From Ignavibacteriaceae bacterium (lineage in GTDB: Bacteria > Bacteroidota > Ignavibacteria > Ignavibacteriales > Ignavibacteriaceae), in contig JBAZBI010000016.1 in assembly GCA_041671545.1 (NCBI GenBank), positions 20,637-84,636 on the forward strand: DNA of 64,000 nt. The letters run 5' to 3'. This document shows positions 38,166 to 47,772 of this stretch, piece by piece. A program made the position numbers and the translations under genes. Position 1 is the stretch's first letter; every line of letters starts with the position of its first letter. Under the pieces are notes generated by a model that saw nothing but the letters and a program-made list of their open reading frames with translations, did no database searches and was not told the DNA's origin.

Positions 38166-39569
38166 TTAGTCAAAATGTCCTTTCCCAAAAAGCATTACAA
38201 AGACGGTTCGGAACATTATTTTGAAATCCATCCGCAACGACATATTTTCAATGTAGAATAAATCGTATTTCAATTTTTCTTTTACGTCTTCGACGGTTTC
38301 ATCATATTTATGTTTTACCTGCGCCCAACCGGTTATTCCGGGACGAACTTTCAATCTTCTTTTATAATAAGGGATCTCTGCTGAAAGTTTTTCTACAAAG
38401 AATGGTCTTTCCGGACGCGGACCAACGAGACTCATTTCACCCTTGAGAATATTTATCATCTGCGGAAGTTCATCAATCCGAACCTTTCGGACAAATTTAC
38501 CAACGTGCGTAATCCGCGGATCATCCTTCGTCGACCACACTGGACCGGTATGCTTCTCTGCATCCTGTCTCATCGAACGAAACTTGTAAATATTGAATTT
38601 CTTTCCGTTTAATCCGCATCTTTCTTGTTTAAATAAAACCGGACCTTTGCTATCGAGTTTGATTGCGATTGATGTTAAAAGCATAACCGGAGACGTCAAT
38701 AAAAGAAAAATGAATGCAAAGATGAGGTCTAAAAATCTTTTAATTTTAGCTTCCCATGCCGGCATTAATTGGGGATTAATATCGATGAGCGGAAATCCGT
38801 AAAGTTGTGTAGTTCTTGCTTGCCCGCTTAAAATGTTGTATAGATCGGGAGCGATTTTCAAACCAACATTTTTGTTTTCGCATTTCCCGATGATTTCAAT
38901 TAAGGTGTCTTCAGAAAATTTCATTAGGACAATAATTACTTCTTTGATGCTTAGTTCATCAATTCTTTTAGGAATATCGGAAACCGTTCCAACCACTCTA
39001 ACATCTTTATACTCTTTTTCAAGATCATTCTCGGCAAGAGTAACATAACCGACAACATCAATACCAAGTCCCGGATGATCGAGTATTTCTCCATGAATCT
39101 CATGGGCGTTGTTATTGAATCCAACGAGCAAGGCATTTCGTCTTCCAACACCGTTGATCAATAATCTACGTTGGAAACCGCGCACTGCAAGTCTGCCGAA
39201 CGAAACCCAGAAAAGAAAAAATCCCCAGTATATGAAAATTAGGAATCTACTTTCGGAAGAAACTCCGTGCGAATAATCATCGAGAAAAATAAAAAAGAAA
39301 AGGAGGAAAACACCAACGAACGTAGCTTTGAATAATGTTGAGATTTCATCAAAACGTGAGAGAGCAAACCAGGTGCGATACATTCCAACGAAAGAGAAAA
39401 TAAGCAGCCAATAGAAATAAACCACCAGCATAGGAAAAAGAAATTCCGGCATAACAAGCAGATCAAATATTCCGGTACTCACACGAAAATGAAAAAAAAC
39501 CACCCAAGCAAGATTGATGGAGAGGAAATCGGCCAACAGGACTAATATTTTTTCGGTACTTTTAGACAT
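38166..39569 (-). CDS. undecaprenyl-phosphate sugar phosphotransferase (WbaP/exopolysaccharide priming enzyme)
   Basis: TM N-terminus plus full Bac_transf motifs: GPVLFKQERCGLNGKKFNIYKFRSM, DELPQMINILKGEMSLVGPRP, RPGITGWAQV. Confidence 0.9.
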   Translation of the reverse strand: MSKSTEKILVLLADFLSINLAWVVFFHFRVSTGIFDLLVMPEFLFPMLVVYFYWLLIFSFVGMYRTWFALSRFDEISTLFKATFVGVFLLFFFIFLDDYSHGVSSESRFLIFIYWGFFLFWVSFGRLAVRGFQRRLLINGVGRRNALLVGFNNNAHEIHGEILDHPGLGIDVVGYVTLAENDLEKEYKDVRVVGTVSDIPKRIDELSIKEVIIVLMKFSEDTLIEIIGKCENKNVGLKIAPDLYNILSGQARTTQLYGFPLIDINPQLMPAWEAKIKRFLDLIFAFIFLLLTSPVMLLTSIAIKLDSKGPVLFKQERCGLNGKKFNIYKFRSMRQDAEKHTGPVWSTKDDPRITHVGKFVRKVRIDELPQMINILKGEMSLVGPRPERPFFVEKLSAEIPYYKRRLKVRPGITGWAQVKHKYDETVEDVKEKLKYDLFYIENMSLRMDFKIMFRTVFVMLFGKGHFD

Positions 39570-40812
39570 CTTCTTTCAACATTTTCGCAAATCGTTCTAT
39601 GGTCTTTTTACGGTCATAGCTTTCTACAGCATATTTTCTTCCGGACTTACCCATCTTAACTGATTCATCTTTATTCGAATTCATCCACAGAATTTTTTCA
39701 ACAAGATCTGTGGAATTCTCCGGTTCACAATATAACCCCGCTCCAGATTTTTCTAAAATCTTACGGGCTTCACCATCAACACAAAGAATAACAGGACATT
39801 CAGAAGCCATCGCTTCATAGAGTTTTGACGGAATTGTAAACTTAAATAACTCATTCTTCACAAGAGGAATCAATGTTACATCGAATAGAGAAAGATAATC
39901 GAGAATTAAGTCGCGGTTTACTGGAGGAAGGAGTAGAACGTTTTTTAATTCATTGATCTGGATTTCTTTCTCAAGAATTTCACGATCAACACCGTCACCA
40001 ATAACTAAATAAATTATTTCAGAAAGGTGCTTTGTTAGTTTTGCAGAGTCGGTTATAAGTTTTAACCCCTGGGCGCCACCAATATTTCCTGCATATCCAA
40101 CAATAAATTTGCCATCTAGATTTAGTTCCTTATGAAGCATTTCATTTTTTTCTTTTTTCATTACTAAATCAGTTCGCACAAAGTTGGGGAGCCAAATTAT
40201 CTTTTTAATAAACTTAAACTTAGTGGATAATTTTTGCTTCGTTATTTCAGTTACAACATTAATGTAATCAGCCTTTTTATAAATTAATCTCTCAAACTTT
40301 TCTGCTAAATAAATAGCTGTTTTGTTTTTTAAAAATCCGAGTTGAATCGCTGATTCAGGCCAAAGATCCCCAATATCAAAAATAAATTTACTCCCCTTAA
40401 CTATTTTGATGAACATCCCGGAGATTCCGTTGAATAATGGAGGAGAAATTGTCAAATGAAAGTCGGTTCGTTTAACTTTAAGCAATGCAACGAGTGTTGA
40501 AGAAAAAGAAAATGATAAATAGTAAAGAATTCTTGTAACAAAACTACCGCGGTCTGATGCGTACACAAACGTATTAAAAAGTGTTATTCCATTCACCAAA
40601 GATTTTTCGTAAAGTTTAAATTTACTAATTCTATCTTCTTTTCGTATCAGATAACTTGGGAATGGTGAAATTACGGTTACTTTAAAACCCGCATCCCGGA
40701 GTTCTTCTGCAAAACCTATACTTCGTTGGGAACCTCCCCCAACTTCCGGCGGAAAGTATTGAGTGATAATTAAAATTCTTTTATTCAAATATCTTTCCCT
40801 TTTCAACTTCAA
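39562..40812 (-). CDS. GT4-family glycosyltransferase (WbuB-like)
   Basis: ILIITQYFPPEVGGGS N-terminus, C-terminal GT-B E-x7-E region (PSKLYEAMASECPV). Confidence 0.8.
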   Translation of the reverse strand: MKLKRERYLNKRILIITQYFPPEVGGGSQRSIGFAEELRDAGFKVTVISPFPSYLIRKEDRISKFKLYEKSLVNGITLFNTFVYASDRGSFVTRILYYLSFSFSSTLVALLKVKRTDFHLTISPPLFNGISGMFIKIVKGSKFIFDIGDLWPESAIQLGFLKNKTAIYLAEKFERLIYKKADYINVVTEITKQKLSTKFKFIKKIIWLPNFVRTDLVMKKEKNEMLHKELNLDGKFIVGYAGNIGGAQGLKLITDSAKLTKHLSEIIYLVIGDGVDREILEKEIQINELKNVLLLPPVNRDLILDYLSLFDVTLIPLVKNELFKFTIPSKLYEAMASECPVILCVDGEARKILEKSGAGLYCEPENSTDLVEKILWMNSNKDESVKMGKSGRKYAVESYDRKKTIERFAKMLKEDV

Positions 40813-41950
40813 GAATTACTTTCTCGATGCCATCAGCAATTATTTCCCATGAATAATTTGAGGCTATATGTTTTCTTTTTTCTGCCATAACACTGGTATT
40901 GGTTTTAATGGCTTCATCAACCATCTTTCTGAATTCAATGGAATCATTTGCTATGTAAATATACTCTTTAAACTTTTCAACTTCATACATTGGAGTTGTT
41001 ACAACAGGTAAACCTAAAGCTAAATACTCAATCAATTTTAGGGGATTCACCGCGTCTGTCAACTCATTAATTTTAAAAGGAATTATTCCAACATCGAAAT
41101 TTGAAGCATAGGCAGGTAACTCTGCATACTCGACTTTTCCAAGCAAATAAATGTTTGGGCAGTTGTGTAATTGAGAAACGTCAATTGCTGAATCTCCGAT
41201 CAAAACGATTGAATAATTGGGGAAAGTTCTAGCTAAAGAGTTAATCATTTCAACATCCACCCACTCAGAGATTAATCCAAAAAAACCAATAATTGGTTTT
41301 TTTATAGCATCAAACTTATCAATTTTTTTTACTTTCACTTTTGAAAAATGTTCAACTTCTACACCTTGATGGAGGAAATTATTCACACCAGATTTAGGAA
41401 CTCTTGTCCCGAGTAATGACTTCGAGACGGAAAAAGATGAGTCAACTTTTTCTAAAACTCTTCTTTCCAATTCTACCAATGATTTAAATGCACCACTAAA
41501 GAGGGAATAATCGTCAAGACAAATATAGTGAGAAGAAGTCTCTCCGAGTTTCCCAAGTAGGTTATAGACGATTGGGGATGAAGAAATGACAATCGGATTA
41601 TGAAAATGATTCAACCTAATTTTTTTTTTAAGAAATCGGGTGAGCATAATATTGTTTAATAGTCGAACAGTCCTAACATCATGGAATGGAAGAATGAAGG
41701 GATGCACTTCCAACACATTATTTGTTATCTCATTTTCCTCAACAGAAGGAGGCGGAAAAAATATTTTTTTTAGTTTTTCTAATATTCGGTTGAAATCTTG
41801 AAAATTGAATGTCGGTTTTCGTAGCGCAAGCGACCCAACCCACATCAAACGGTTGTTCGAAGAAAGAACTTTACCTAAATGTTGCATGGTTGATGGATGA
41901 CGTCCCCAATCGTCGGCAAAAACAATAATATTTCTATTTTTTAAGATCAT
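40781..41950 (-). CDS. group 1 (GT-B) glycosyltransferase, TuaH-like
   Basis: IIVFADDWGRHPSTMQHL N-terminus, C-terminal NPLKLIEYLALGLPVV. Confidence 0.7.
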   Translation of the reverse strand: MILKNRNIIVFADDWGRHPSTMQHLGKVLSSNNRLMWVGSLALRKPTFNFQDFNRILEKLKKIFFPPPSVEENEITNNVLEVHPFILPFHDVRTVRLLNNIMLTRFLKKKIRLNHFHNPIVISSSPIVYNLLGKLGETSSHYICLDDYSLFSGAFKSLVELERRVLEKVDSSFSVSKSLLGTRVPKSGVNNFLHQGVEVEHFSKVKVKKIDKFDAIKKPIIGFFGLISEWVDVEMINSLARTFPNYSIVLIGDSAIDVSQLHNCPNIYLLGKVEYAELPAYASNFDVGIIPFKINELTDAVNPLKLIEYLALGLPVVTTPMYEVEKFKEYIYIANDSIEFRKMVDEAIKTNTSVMAEKRKHIASNYSWEIIADGIEKVILEVEKGKIFE

Positions 41951-41953
41951 CAG

Positions 41954-43087
41954 CTACAAATGCTTCTTTAATAGTTCAACGATTTTCTCAGAAGCTTTAC
42001 CATCTCCATAAGGATTTTTCCCCTTAAAATAATTGTGTCCTAATGATAAATTTTTATTTACCGAATGAAAAGTTTTTTTAATTTTATTAACATTACTGCC
42101 GACGAGAAATGCATAGCCGGCATCGACAGCCTCCATCCGCTCTGTAACATCTCGCAAAACAATTATAGGTTTGCGAAAAACGAAGCATTCCTCCTGTATT
42201 CCACCCGAATCACTCATAATGAACTTACATTTTTCCATTAAATAAATGAAAGACAAATAATCCATTGGGGGCAAAAGGTGAAAATTGGTTAATCCTTTTA
42301 AAGTAGCTTCAACAGGAATTTTTACATTAGGATTGAGATGAACCGGATAAATAAATTCCAATTCGGGATTTTTCGAGGCAAGTTCTTTAAAGGTATCAAG
42401 AACTTTTTTAAACTCATCTCCAAATTTTTCACGACGGTGCATTGTAATTAAAACAAATTCTTTACAAAGAAAATCTGTGGGATATATCTTTTTCAAATTG
42501 TTTTTGATCTCTATTTGAACCTTTGGAGTATCGACCAGTTTTTTAATTTGGAGTAGTGCATCAATCACCGTATTTCCAGTTACGAATACCCTCTTCGCAT
42601 CATACCCTTCAGAAATCAAGTTATCTTTTGCGTATTTGGTTGGGACAAAATTGAAATCTGTTATCACAGAAATAAACTTTCTGTTTGCCTCTTCTGGATA
42701 TGGACTATAAATGTTATTACTGCGAAGTCCCGCTTCCACATGACCAATTTTAATTTTTTTATAAAAAGCTGAAAGTGCTGAAACAAATGCAGTGGTTGTA
42801 TCTCCTTGAACAAGGAGAACATCCGGTTGTAATTCTATCAACAGATTTTTCAGTTTTGAGTTTGTTGCAACCGTAATATCAAATAAATCTTGGTTAGGTT
42901 TCATTAAATCAAGTTCATAATCAATTTTTATTTTAAAAATTTGTGAGACTTGCTTTAACATTTCTTTGTGTTGTCCAGTCGAGCAAACAAATGTATTAAA
43001 AGATTTTTCTTTTTTTAAGGCAGCAACCAAGGGTGCCATTTTTATGACTTCGGGGCGAGTACCAAACACGACAAGAATTTTTTTCAT
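41954..43087 (-). CDS. wecB: UDP-N-acetylglucosamine 2-epimerase (non-hydrolysing)
   Basis: VFGTRPEVIKMAPL, GDTTTAF, HVEAGLRS, SDSGGIQEE. The TAATG stop/start overlaps the upstream GT2 gene. Confidence 0.9.
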   Translation of the reverse strand: MKKILVVFGTRPEVIKMAPLVAALKKEKSFNTFVCSTGQHKEMLKQVSQIFKIKIDYELDLMKPNQDLFDITVATNSKLKNLLIELQPDVLLVQGDTTTAFVSALSAFYKKIKIGHVEAGLRSNNIYSPYPEEANRKFISVITDFNFVPTKYAKDNLISEGYDAKRVFVTGNTVIDALLQIKKLVDTPKVQIEIKNNLKKIYPTDFLCKEFVLITMHRREKFGDEFKKVLDTFKELASKNPELEFIYPVHLNPNVKIPVEATLKGLTNFHLLPPMDYLSFIYLMEKCKFIMSDSGGIQEECFVFRKPIIVLRDVTERMEAVDAGYAFLVGSNVNKIKKTFHSVNKNLSLGHNYFKGKNPYGDGKASEKIVELLKKHL

Positions 43088-44037
43088 TAGACTCTTTTGA
43101 ATTGGTTTTTGGGATAAATAAATAGTAACCGCAAGTACAAAAAAGATTTTTTAATTAAATCTAGTTTCAATTTTGAAATAGACATGCCTAAATAAACAAA
43201 AACTCGTAGAAACATCCCTGTAAAATGGAGAGCGACAAGTAGGAAAAATTCCATTCCCTTGAAGTGTTTTTGGTAAATCTGAATTTTGGCAATAGATTGA
43301 TTCTTGAACTTGAACCATAAATTTTTATCTGTTGCAACACCTCCCAAATGAATAATTTCTGTCTGGGGAAAATAAACAACGTTGTAACCAAGATCAGCTG
43401 CTCTCATGCAAAAATCAGTTTCCTCCGCATAGAAGAAAAATCGTGCATCAAAACCATACAATTCATCTACAATTTTTTTTGAACAAAGAATAAATGCCCC
43501 CTTCACAATATCAACTTTTGTTGGTTGCTGAGGTTCGTTATCTGAATAATAGTATTTGTTTAGTTTTTTAACTCCCTTGAAAAACCGATAAAGGAATAGA
43601 TTTTCTCCAAAAGAATTTCCAAGAGTGTCTTTGTCCACAACAGAAGGTTGAAGACTTTTGTTAGCATTTAATAATCTACATCCGATAACACTATCTTTCC
43701 CAAAATCCTCAAGGAATGCAATGGTTTTATTTATTGTATCCTCAATGAAAAGAGTGTCGTTGTTCAGAAAAAGTATATACTTACCGGTTGCAACTTCTAA
43801 TCCTTGATTATTAGCTGCTGAAAAGCCTCGATTTTCTTTATTAACTATTAGATTAATCTGGGGATATTTTCTTAGTATATCTCTAATATCCCCCTCGTTT
43901 GAATTATTATCAACTAGAATAATCTCAAAAATTGTCTGTTTATCAGTAAACTTATAAATTGAATCTAAACACTCAGTTAAAATTTGAAAAGAGTTATAAT
44001 TTACAATTATAATTGACAAGTCCATAGAGATCATCAA
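43087..44037 (-). CDS. GT2-family glycosyltransferase
   Basis: LSIIIVNYNS, LVDNNSNEGD, LNNDT, YAEETDFCMR. Confidence 0.8.
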   Translation of the reverse strand: MMISMDLSIIIVNYNSFQILTECLDSIYKFTDKQTIFEIILVDNNSNEGDIRDILRKYPQINLIVNKENRGFSAANNQGLEVATGKYILFLNNDTLFIEDTINKTIAFLEDFGKDSVIGCRLLNANKSLQPSVVDKDTLGNSFGENLFLYRFFKGVKKLNKYYYSDNEPQQPTKVDIVKGAFILCSKKIVDELYGFDARFFFYAEETDFCMRAADLGYNVVYFPQTEIIHLGGVATDKNLWFKFKNQSIAKIQIYQKHFKGMEFFLLVALHFTGMFLRVFVYLGMSISKLKLDLIKKSFLYLRLLFIYPKNQFKRV

Positions 44038-44423
44038 GCCTTCGTGATAAGTTTTAGGGAATTATTCTCAGAAAGAATGTTGATAAATATTAATATAAAA
44101 GTTTTTATCAGAATGTTAGTTGTTAATGAGAATTTCTATAACAAAGTAAATCCCATTAAAAAAAGTTGCATTACAACTGAACAATACAATAATTAAATAT
44201 TACCTAACAACAATAATAAAGAGACTTTAAATAATCAAAATCTGGAGGTTATGTTACTTGTAAATTAAAGTTAAGATAATAAATTTTAAACCTGACATGC
44301 AAATATAAAAGTAATTTAACTATACCCCAAAGACTAAGGTTATATCTCAAATCCGATATAGGGACAGCATACAACGCAAAAACAAAAATTAATAATGAGT
44401 TTTTTTATCAAAAGAGATCAAAA

Positions 44424-45885
44424 GAGTGTGTAAAATACTTTGTGTAAATGGCAAGTAGTTGAATCATAAAAAAGGTTCAACTTGTTTGTCAAAGATAATA
44501 GAAAAATGACCAAGAACAATCGACCAGTTCCTAACGGGCATGGTTCATTTTTTAGCAATGTCCCGGTAAGCGAGAAATAACATTTTCGTTAAGGCTTCAT
44601 TATTTGGGAAAATGGATTTTGCTTTGGTAACTTTTCTAAACTGACGATGCAAAGCTTCAACGGCATTGGTGGTATAAATCATCGTTCTGATCTCTTGGGG
44701 ATACTGAAAAAAGGTAGACAATTCTTCCCAGTTTTCACGCCAAGATTTCATGGCCAACAAATACTTCTTCCCCCAAGTCTCATCAACCGTTTTCAAGTTT
44801 TGTAAAGCAGCCGCTTCTGTGGGAGCTGAGTAGATTGTTTTCAACGCTTGTGCAAAAACTTTTTGATCTTTTGATGCGACATATTTCATCGAGTTGCGGA
44901 TTTGATGAACAATACATCTCTGGATTTTAATCTCCGGGAAAACCGTCTTGATGGCTTCGGAAAATCCAGTCAAGCCGTCGATACAAGCAATGCAGATTTC
45001 CTTTACGCCACGGTTTTTTAGTTCGGTCATAACGGAGAGCCAAAACTTCGCTCCTTCAGCTTCTCCGATCCACAGCCCAAGTAAGTCTTTCTTCCCTTCG
45101 ATATTTATTCCTAGACACGTATAGGAGGCTTTAGATTCAACTCTTTTTGTGGAATCATCCTTTACCTTGAAATGAATCGCATCGAAGAAAACAACTGGAT
45201 AGATGCTCTCTAACGAGCGATTTTGCCATTGAATGGCCAGATCATTTATCTTGTCGGTAATCTGGGAAACGAGCGTAGGACTGACCTCTAATCCGTAGAT
45301 ATCTTCTATGTGTGTTTGAATATCACGGGTGGTCATTCCTTTAGCGTACATCGAGATGATTTTATCTTCAATGGCCCCAAGACGGGTTTCATGTTTTTTA
45401 ACAACGATGGGTTCAAATTCACTGTTTCTGTCTCGTGGTATTTCCAACTCAAGAGCGCCTTGATCAGTAGTAACGGTTTTATGATATGACCCATTTCTGC
45501 TGTTACCGGAATTCTTACCAGCCGGAGAGTGTTTCGTATAACCGAGTTGATCGGTGATCTCACCCCGATAGCTATCGGGGATGGTTTCAAGAGAGGCTTT
45601 CATGAGCTTTTTTATTGCACCTTCTTTGCCCATAAGATCGTTGTAGGTTTTCGCTGTTGCGAAATCTTTTTTGAATTGTTCTAAGAGCTTTTCTGATAGT
45701 TCCATTAAGGTAGTACTCCATAATTTGTAAATGGTAAATTGAATTATTTATTGCCCTATTCCAAGAGCAACTTTTTTCGCTCCCGTGTGTATCGCTTCAC
45801 TTCACTCGCCTTCGCTACGCTCAGGCTTCGTTCCGTTCCGCTCTACACACGGGAATTTCCATTTACACAATCTTTTTTACACTAC
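44424..45885 (-). mobile_element. IS256-family insertion sequence (~1.46 kb)
   Basis: Mutator-type transposase flanked by imperfect terminal inverted repeats: 44424-44451 GAGTGTGTAAAATACTTTGTGTAAATGG, and the reverse complement of 45859-45885 GTAGTGTAAAAAAGATTGTGTAAATGG. Confidence 0.8.
44545..45705 (-). CDS. IS256-family (Mutator-type) transposase, ended early by an in-frame TGA
   Basis: GYTKHSP...RNGSYHKTV, EFEPIVVKK, YPVVFFDAIHFKV, CIDGLTGF, IQRCIVHQIRN, YTTNAVEALHRQFRKVTK. After the TGA the same frame reads TMPVRNWSIVLGHFSIIFDKQVEPFL to 44464. Confidence 0.9.
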   Translation of the reverse strand: MELSEKLLEQFKKDFATAKTYNDLMGKEGAIKKLMKASLETIPDSYRGEITDQLGYTKHSPAGKNSGNSRNGSYHKTVTTDQGALELEIPRDRNSEFEPIVVKKHETRLGAIEDKIISMYAKGMTTRDIQTHIEDIYGLEVSPTLVSQITDKINDLAIQWQNRSLESIYPVVFFDAIHFKVKDDSTKRVESKASYTCLGINIEGKKDLLGLWIGEAEGAKFWLSVMTELKNRGVKEICIACIDGLTGFSEAIKTVFPEIKIQRCIVHQIRNSMKYVASKDQKVFAQALKTIYSAPTEAAALQNLKTVDETWGKKYLLAMKSWRENWEELSTFFQYPQEIRTMIYTTNAVEALHRQFRKVTKAKSIFPNNEALTKMLFLAYRDIAKK

Positions 45886-46127
45886 CTTTCAATTCGTAGC
45901 CATCGTTTATGGGAAAAGAGAAGCAGGTTGAAGGAGTTTTCTTTGTTACTCGTAATTCCAAAGATACTTCCCAGGACTTTTTGTTCTGGGAAGGGGGTCT
46001 TCTTTTTTTATCGTCTTGGTCAGATGTATTTTCGCGATATATCTTAATATTGTCTTGTTATCCGAATTGCTTATATTAAGATATTTATTATCAACTATTA
46101 ATTATTATTTAAAAATAAATTATCCCT

Positions 46128-46724
46128 ATGTCATATATATCCAAAATTAAAAAGTTAATTCTAAATAAAAGGTATCAGTTAACAGTTTATGAACCATTAA
46201 AAAAAAACATACCTGAAATAATGATTGATGTCAACTCAGCATGGAAAGGTCTAGAGTTGGTTATTGAAGAAATATTAGATCATTTTGATGTTGGAAGAGA
46301 AAGTTGTATAGAATTTGGTGTGGAATTTGGTTATTCAACAGTAGTGTTTTCTAATTACTTCAAGAAGGTGAAAGGGATTGACATTTTTCTTGGTGATGAA
46401 CACACAATACATCATGGCGATCATTATGAAAAGACAAAAAAGTCATTATCCGAATTTGAGAATATTGAATTATTTAAGTCAGATTACCGAGATTGGATAA
46501 AAAGAGATGATGAACAATACGACTTTGCACATATCGATATTGTCCATAATTATAAGGAAACTTACGAATGTGGTCTTTGGGCAGTACAACATAGTAAATG
46601 TTGTATTTTTCATGATACAGAAAGCTTTCTTGAGGTAAAAAAGGCAGTATTCGATATTGCAAAAAATACCGGCAAGAATGCCTATAATTATCCCTTCCAT
46701 TACGGATTAGGGATTATTATTTAA
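46128..46724 (+). CDS. class I SAM-dependent methyltransferase (Methyltransf_24-like)
   Basis: CIEFGVEFGYST (motif I-like), FAHIDIVHNYKETYE. Confidence 0.55.
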   Translation: MSYISKIKKLILNKRYQLTVYEPLKKNIPEIMIDVNSAWKGLELVIEEILDHFDVGRESCIEFGVEFGYSTVVFSNYFKKVKGIDIFLGDEHTIHHGDHYEKTKKSLSEFENIELFKSDYRDWIKRDDEQYDFAHIDIVHNYKETYECGLWAVQHSKCCIFHDTESFLEVKKAVFDIAKNTGKNAYNYPFHYGLGIII

Positions 46725-47025
46725 CACTCAAGAAGAAAATAGAGGCTTTTTAAACTGGCGTATATTCAAACTGTTAGAGGTAAAGTATTCTATTATTTTT
46801 GCATCTAATATCTTTACTAAGTAAAGAGTCCCCTTAAAACAGAATAAACGCCACAGAGTAGTGGGATTAGCAAAAAGAATAAAAGATGCTTTGACAATCC
46901 ACCGCAGTGGGTGCGTTGGAAGGTTTAGATGGAACTCTATCAATAATTAATTAGGTAATATTGTTTCTTAACAACTTGTTAGATAAGTGATGATATAACA
47001 GTATTTGCCATAAAAGAGAAAGATA

Positions 47026-47772
47026 ATGAATAAATTAATAAAAGAAATTCTTCTAACATTCCGTAAACTATCTCTATTAATAGAAACTAGGTTTGACAAG
47101 AATTATTTAGCAACCGATGTTCCTATGTCATCGTTGGTTAACCATAATAGATGGCAGAAATATTTATATGAATTTGGAAACAAACCTGGAATGAAAATAT
47201 TGGAAATAGGTAGTCGCGAAGTAACAGGAAAATCAATCGCCCGAAAAGAATTCTCAATGGCGGAGTATGTCGGCTTTGACTATTATCCTGGCGAAAATGT
47301 CGATATTGTGGGTGATGCTCATAAGTTATCTTCATACTTCAAAGGTGAAGAAAAGTTTGATGTTGTTTATTCGAGCGCTTGTTTAGAGCATTTTGCAATG
47401 CCTTGGATAGTTGCGAGTGAAATAGCGAAAGTCCTAAAAGTTGGAGGAGTAGTTTTTATAGAAACTCATTTTTCTTTTTCAGCTCATGAAAGACCATGGA
47501 ATTTTTTTCAATTCAGTGATATGGCGTTGAAAGTCTTGTTCTCCGAGGCTCTTGGTTTTGAATGTATTGAAGCAGGTATGTCAAATCCAATTGTTGGTAG
47601 GTTCTCCTCATTGGCGGATGAAGATTTGAAAAATAAACCCGTAGCTGGTCTTTATTGTCATAGTGGTTATCTTGGTAAAAAAGTAAGAGACGTTAAAAAC
47701 TTTGACTGGGGAAACGTGGAATTAGCCACTATTGTTGGAGAAACAAAATATCCTGAACCGATATTACAATAA
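47026..47772 (+). CDS. class I SAM-dependent methyltransferase
   Basis: ILEIGSREVTG, FDVVYSSACLEHF, VLKVGGVVFIETH. Confidence 0.7.
   Translation: MNKLIKEILLTFRKLSLLIETRFDKNYLATDVPMSSLVNHNRWQKYLYEFGNKPGMKILEIGSREVTGKSIARKEFSMAEYVGFDYYPGENVDIVGDAHKLSSYFKGEEKFDVVYSSACLEHFAMPWIVASEIAKVLKVGGVVFIETHFSFSAHERPWNFFQFSDMALKVLFSEALGFECIEAGMSNPIVGRFSSLADEDLKNKPVAGLYCHSGYLGKKVRDVKNFDWGNVELATIVGETKYPEPILQ

Noticed and set aside
44545-44547. TGA in the transposase as selenocysteine or Trp recoding
   Set aside because: TGA is used as an ordinary stop by other genes here (for example recQ), and I saw no SECIS-like hairpin. A nonsense mutation is the simpler explanation.
45739-46047. 102-aa plus-strand ORF
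   Set aside because: It runs through the IS256-like leader and terminal inverted repeat into flanking DNA, with no protein-like features.
46039-46084. 12-bp inverted repeat ATATCTTAATAT ... ATATTAAGATAT upstream of the first methyltransferase
   Set aside because: It is an AT-only repeat with a 22-nt spacer in very AT-rich DNA. Chance occurrence is plausible and nothing else supports a function.
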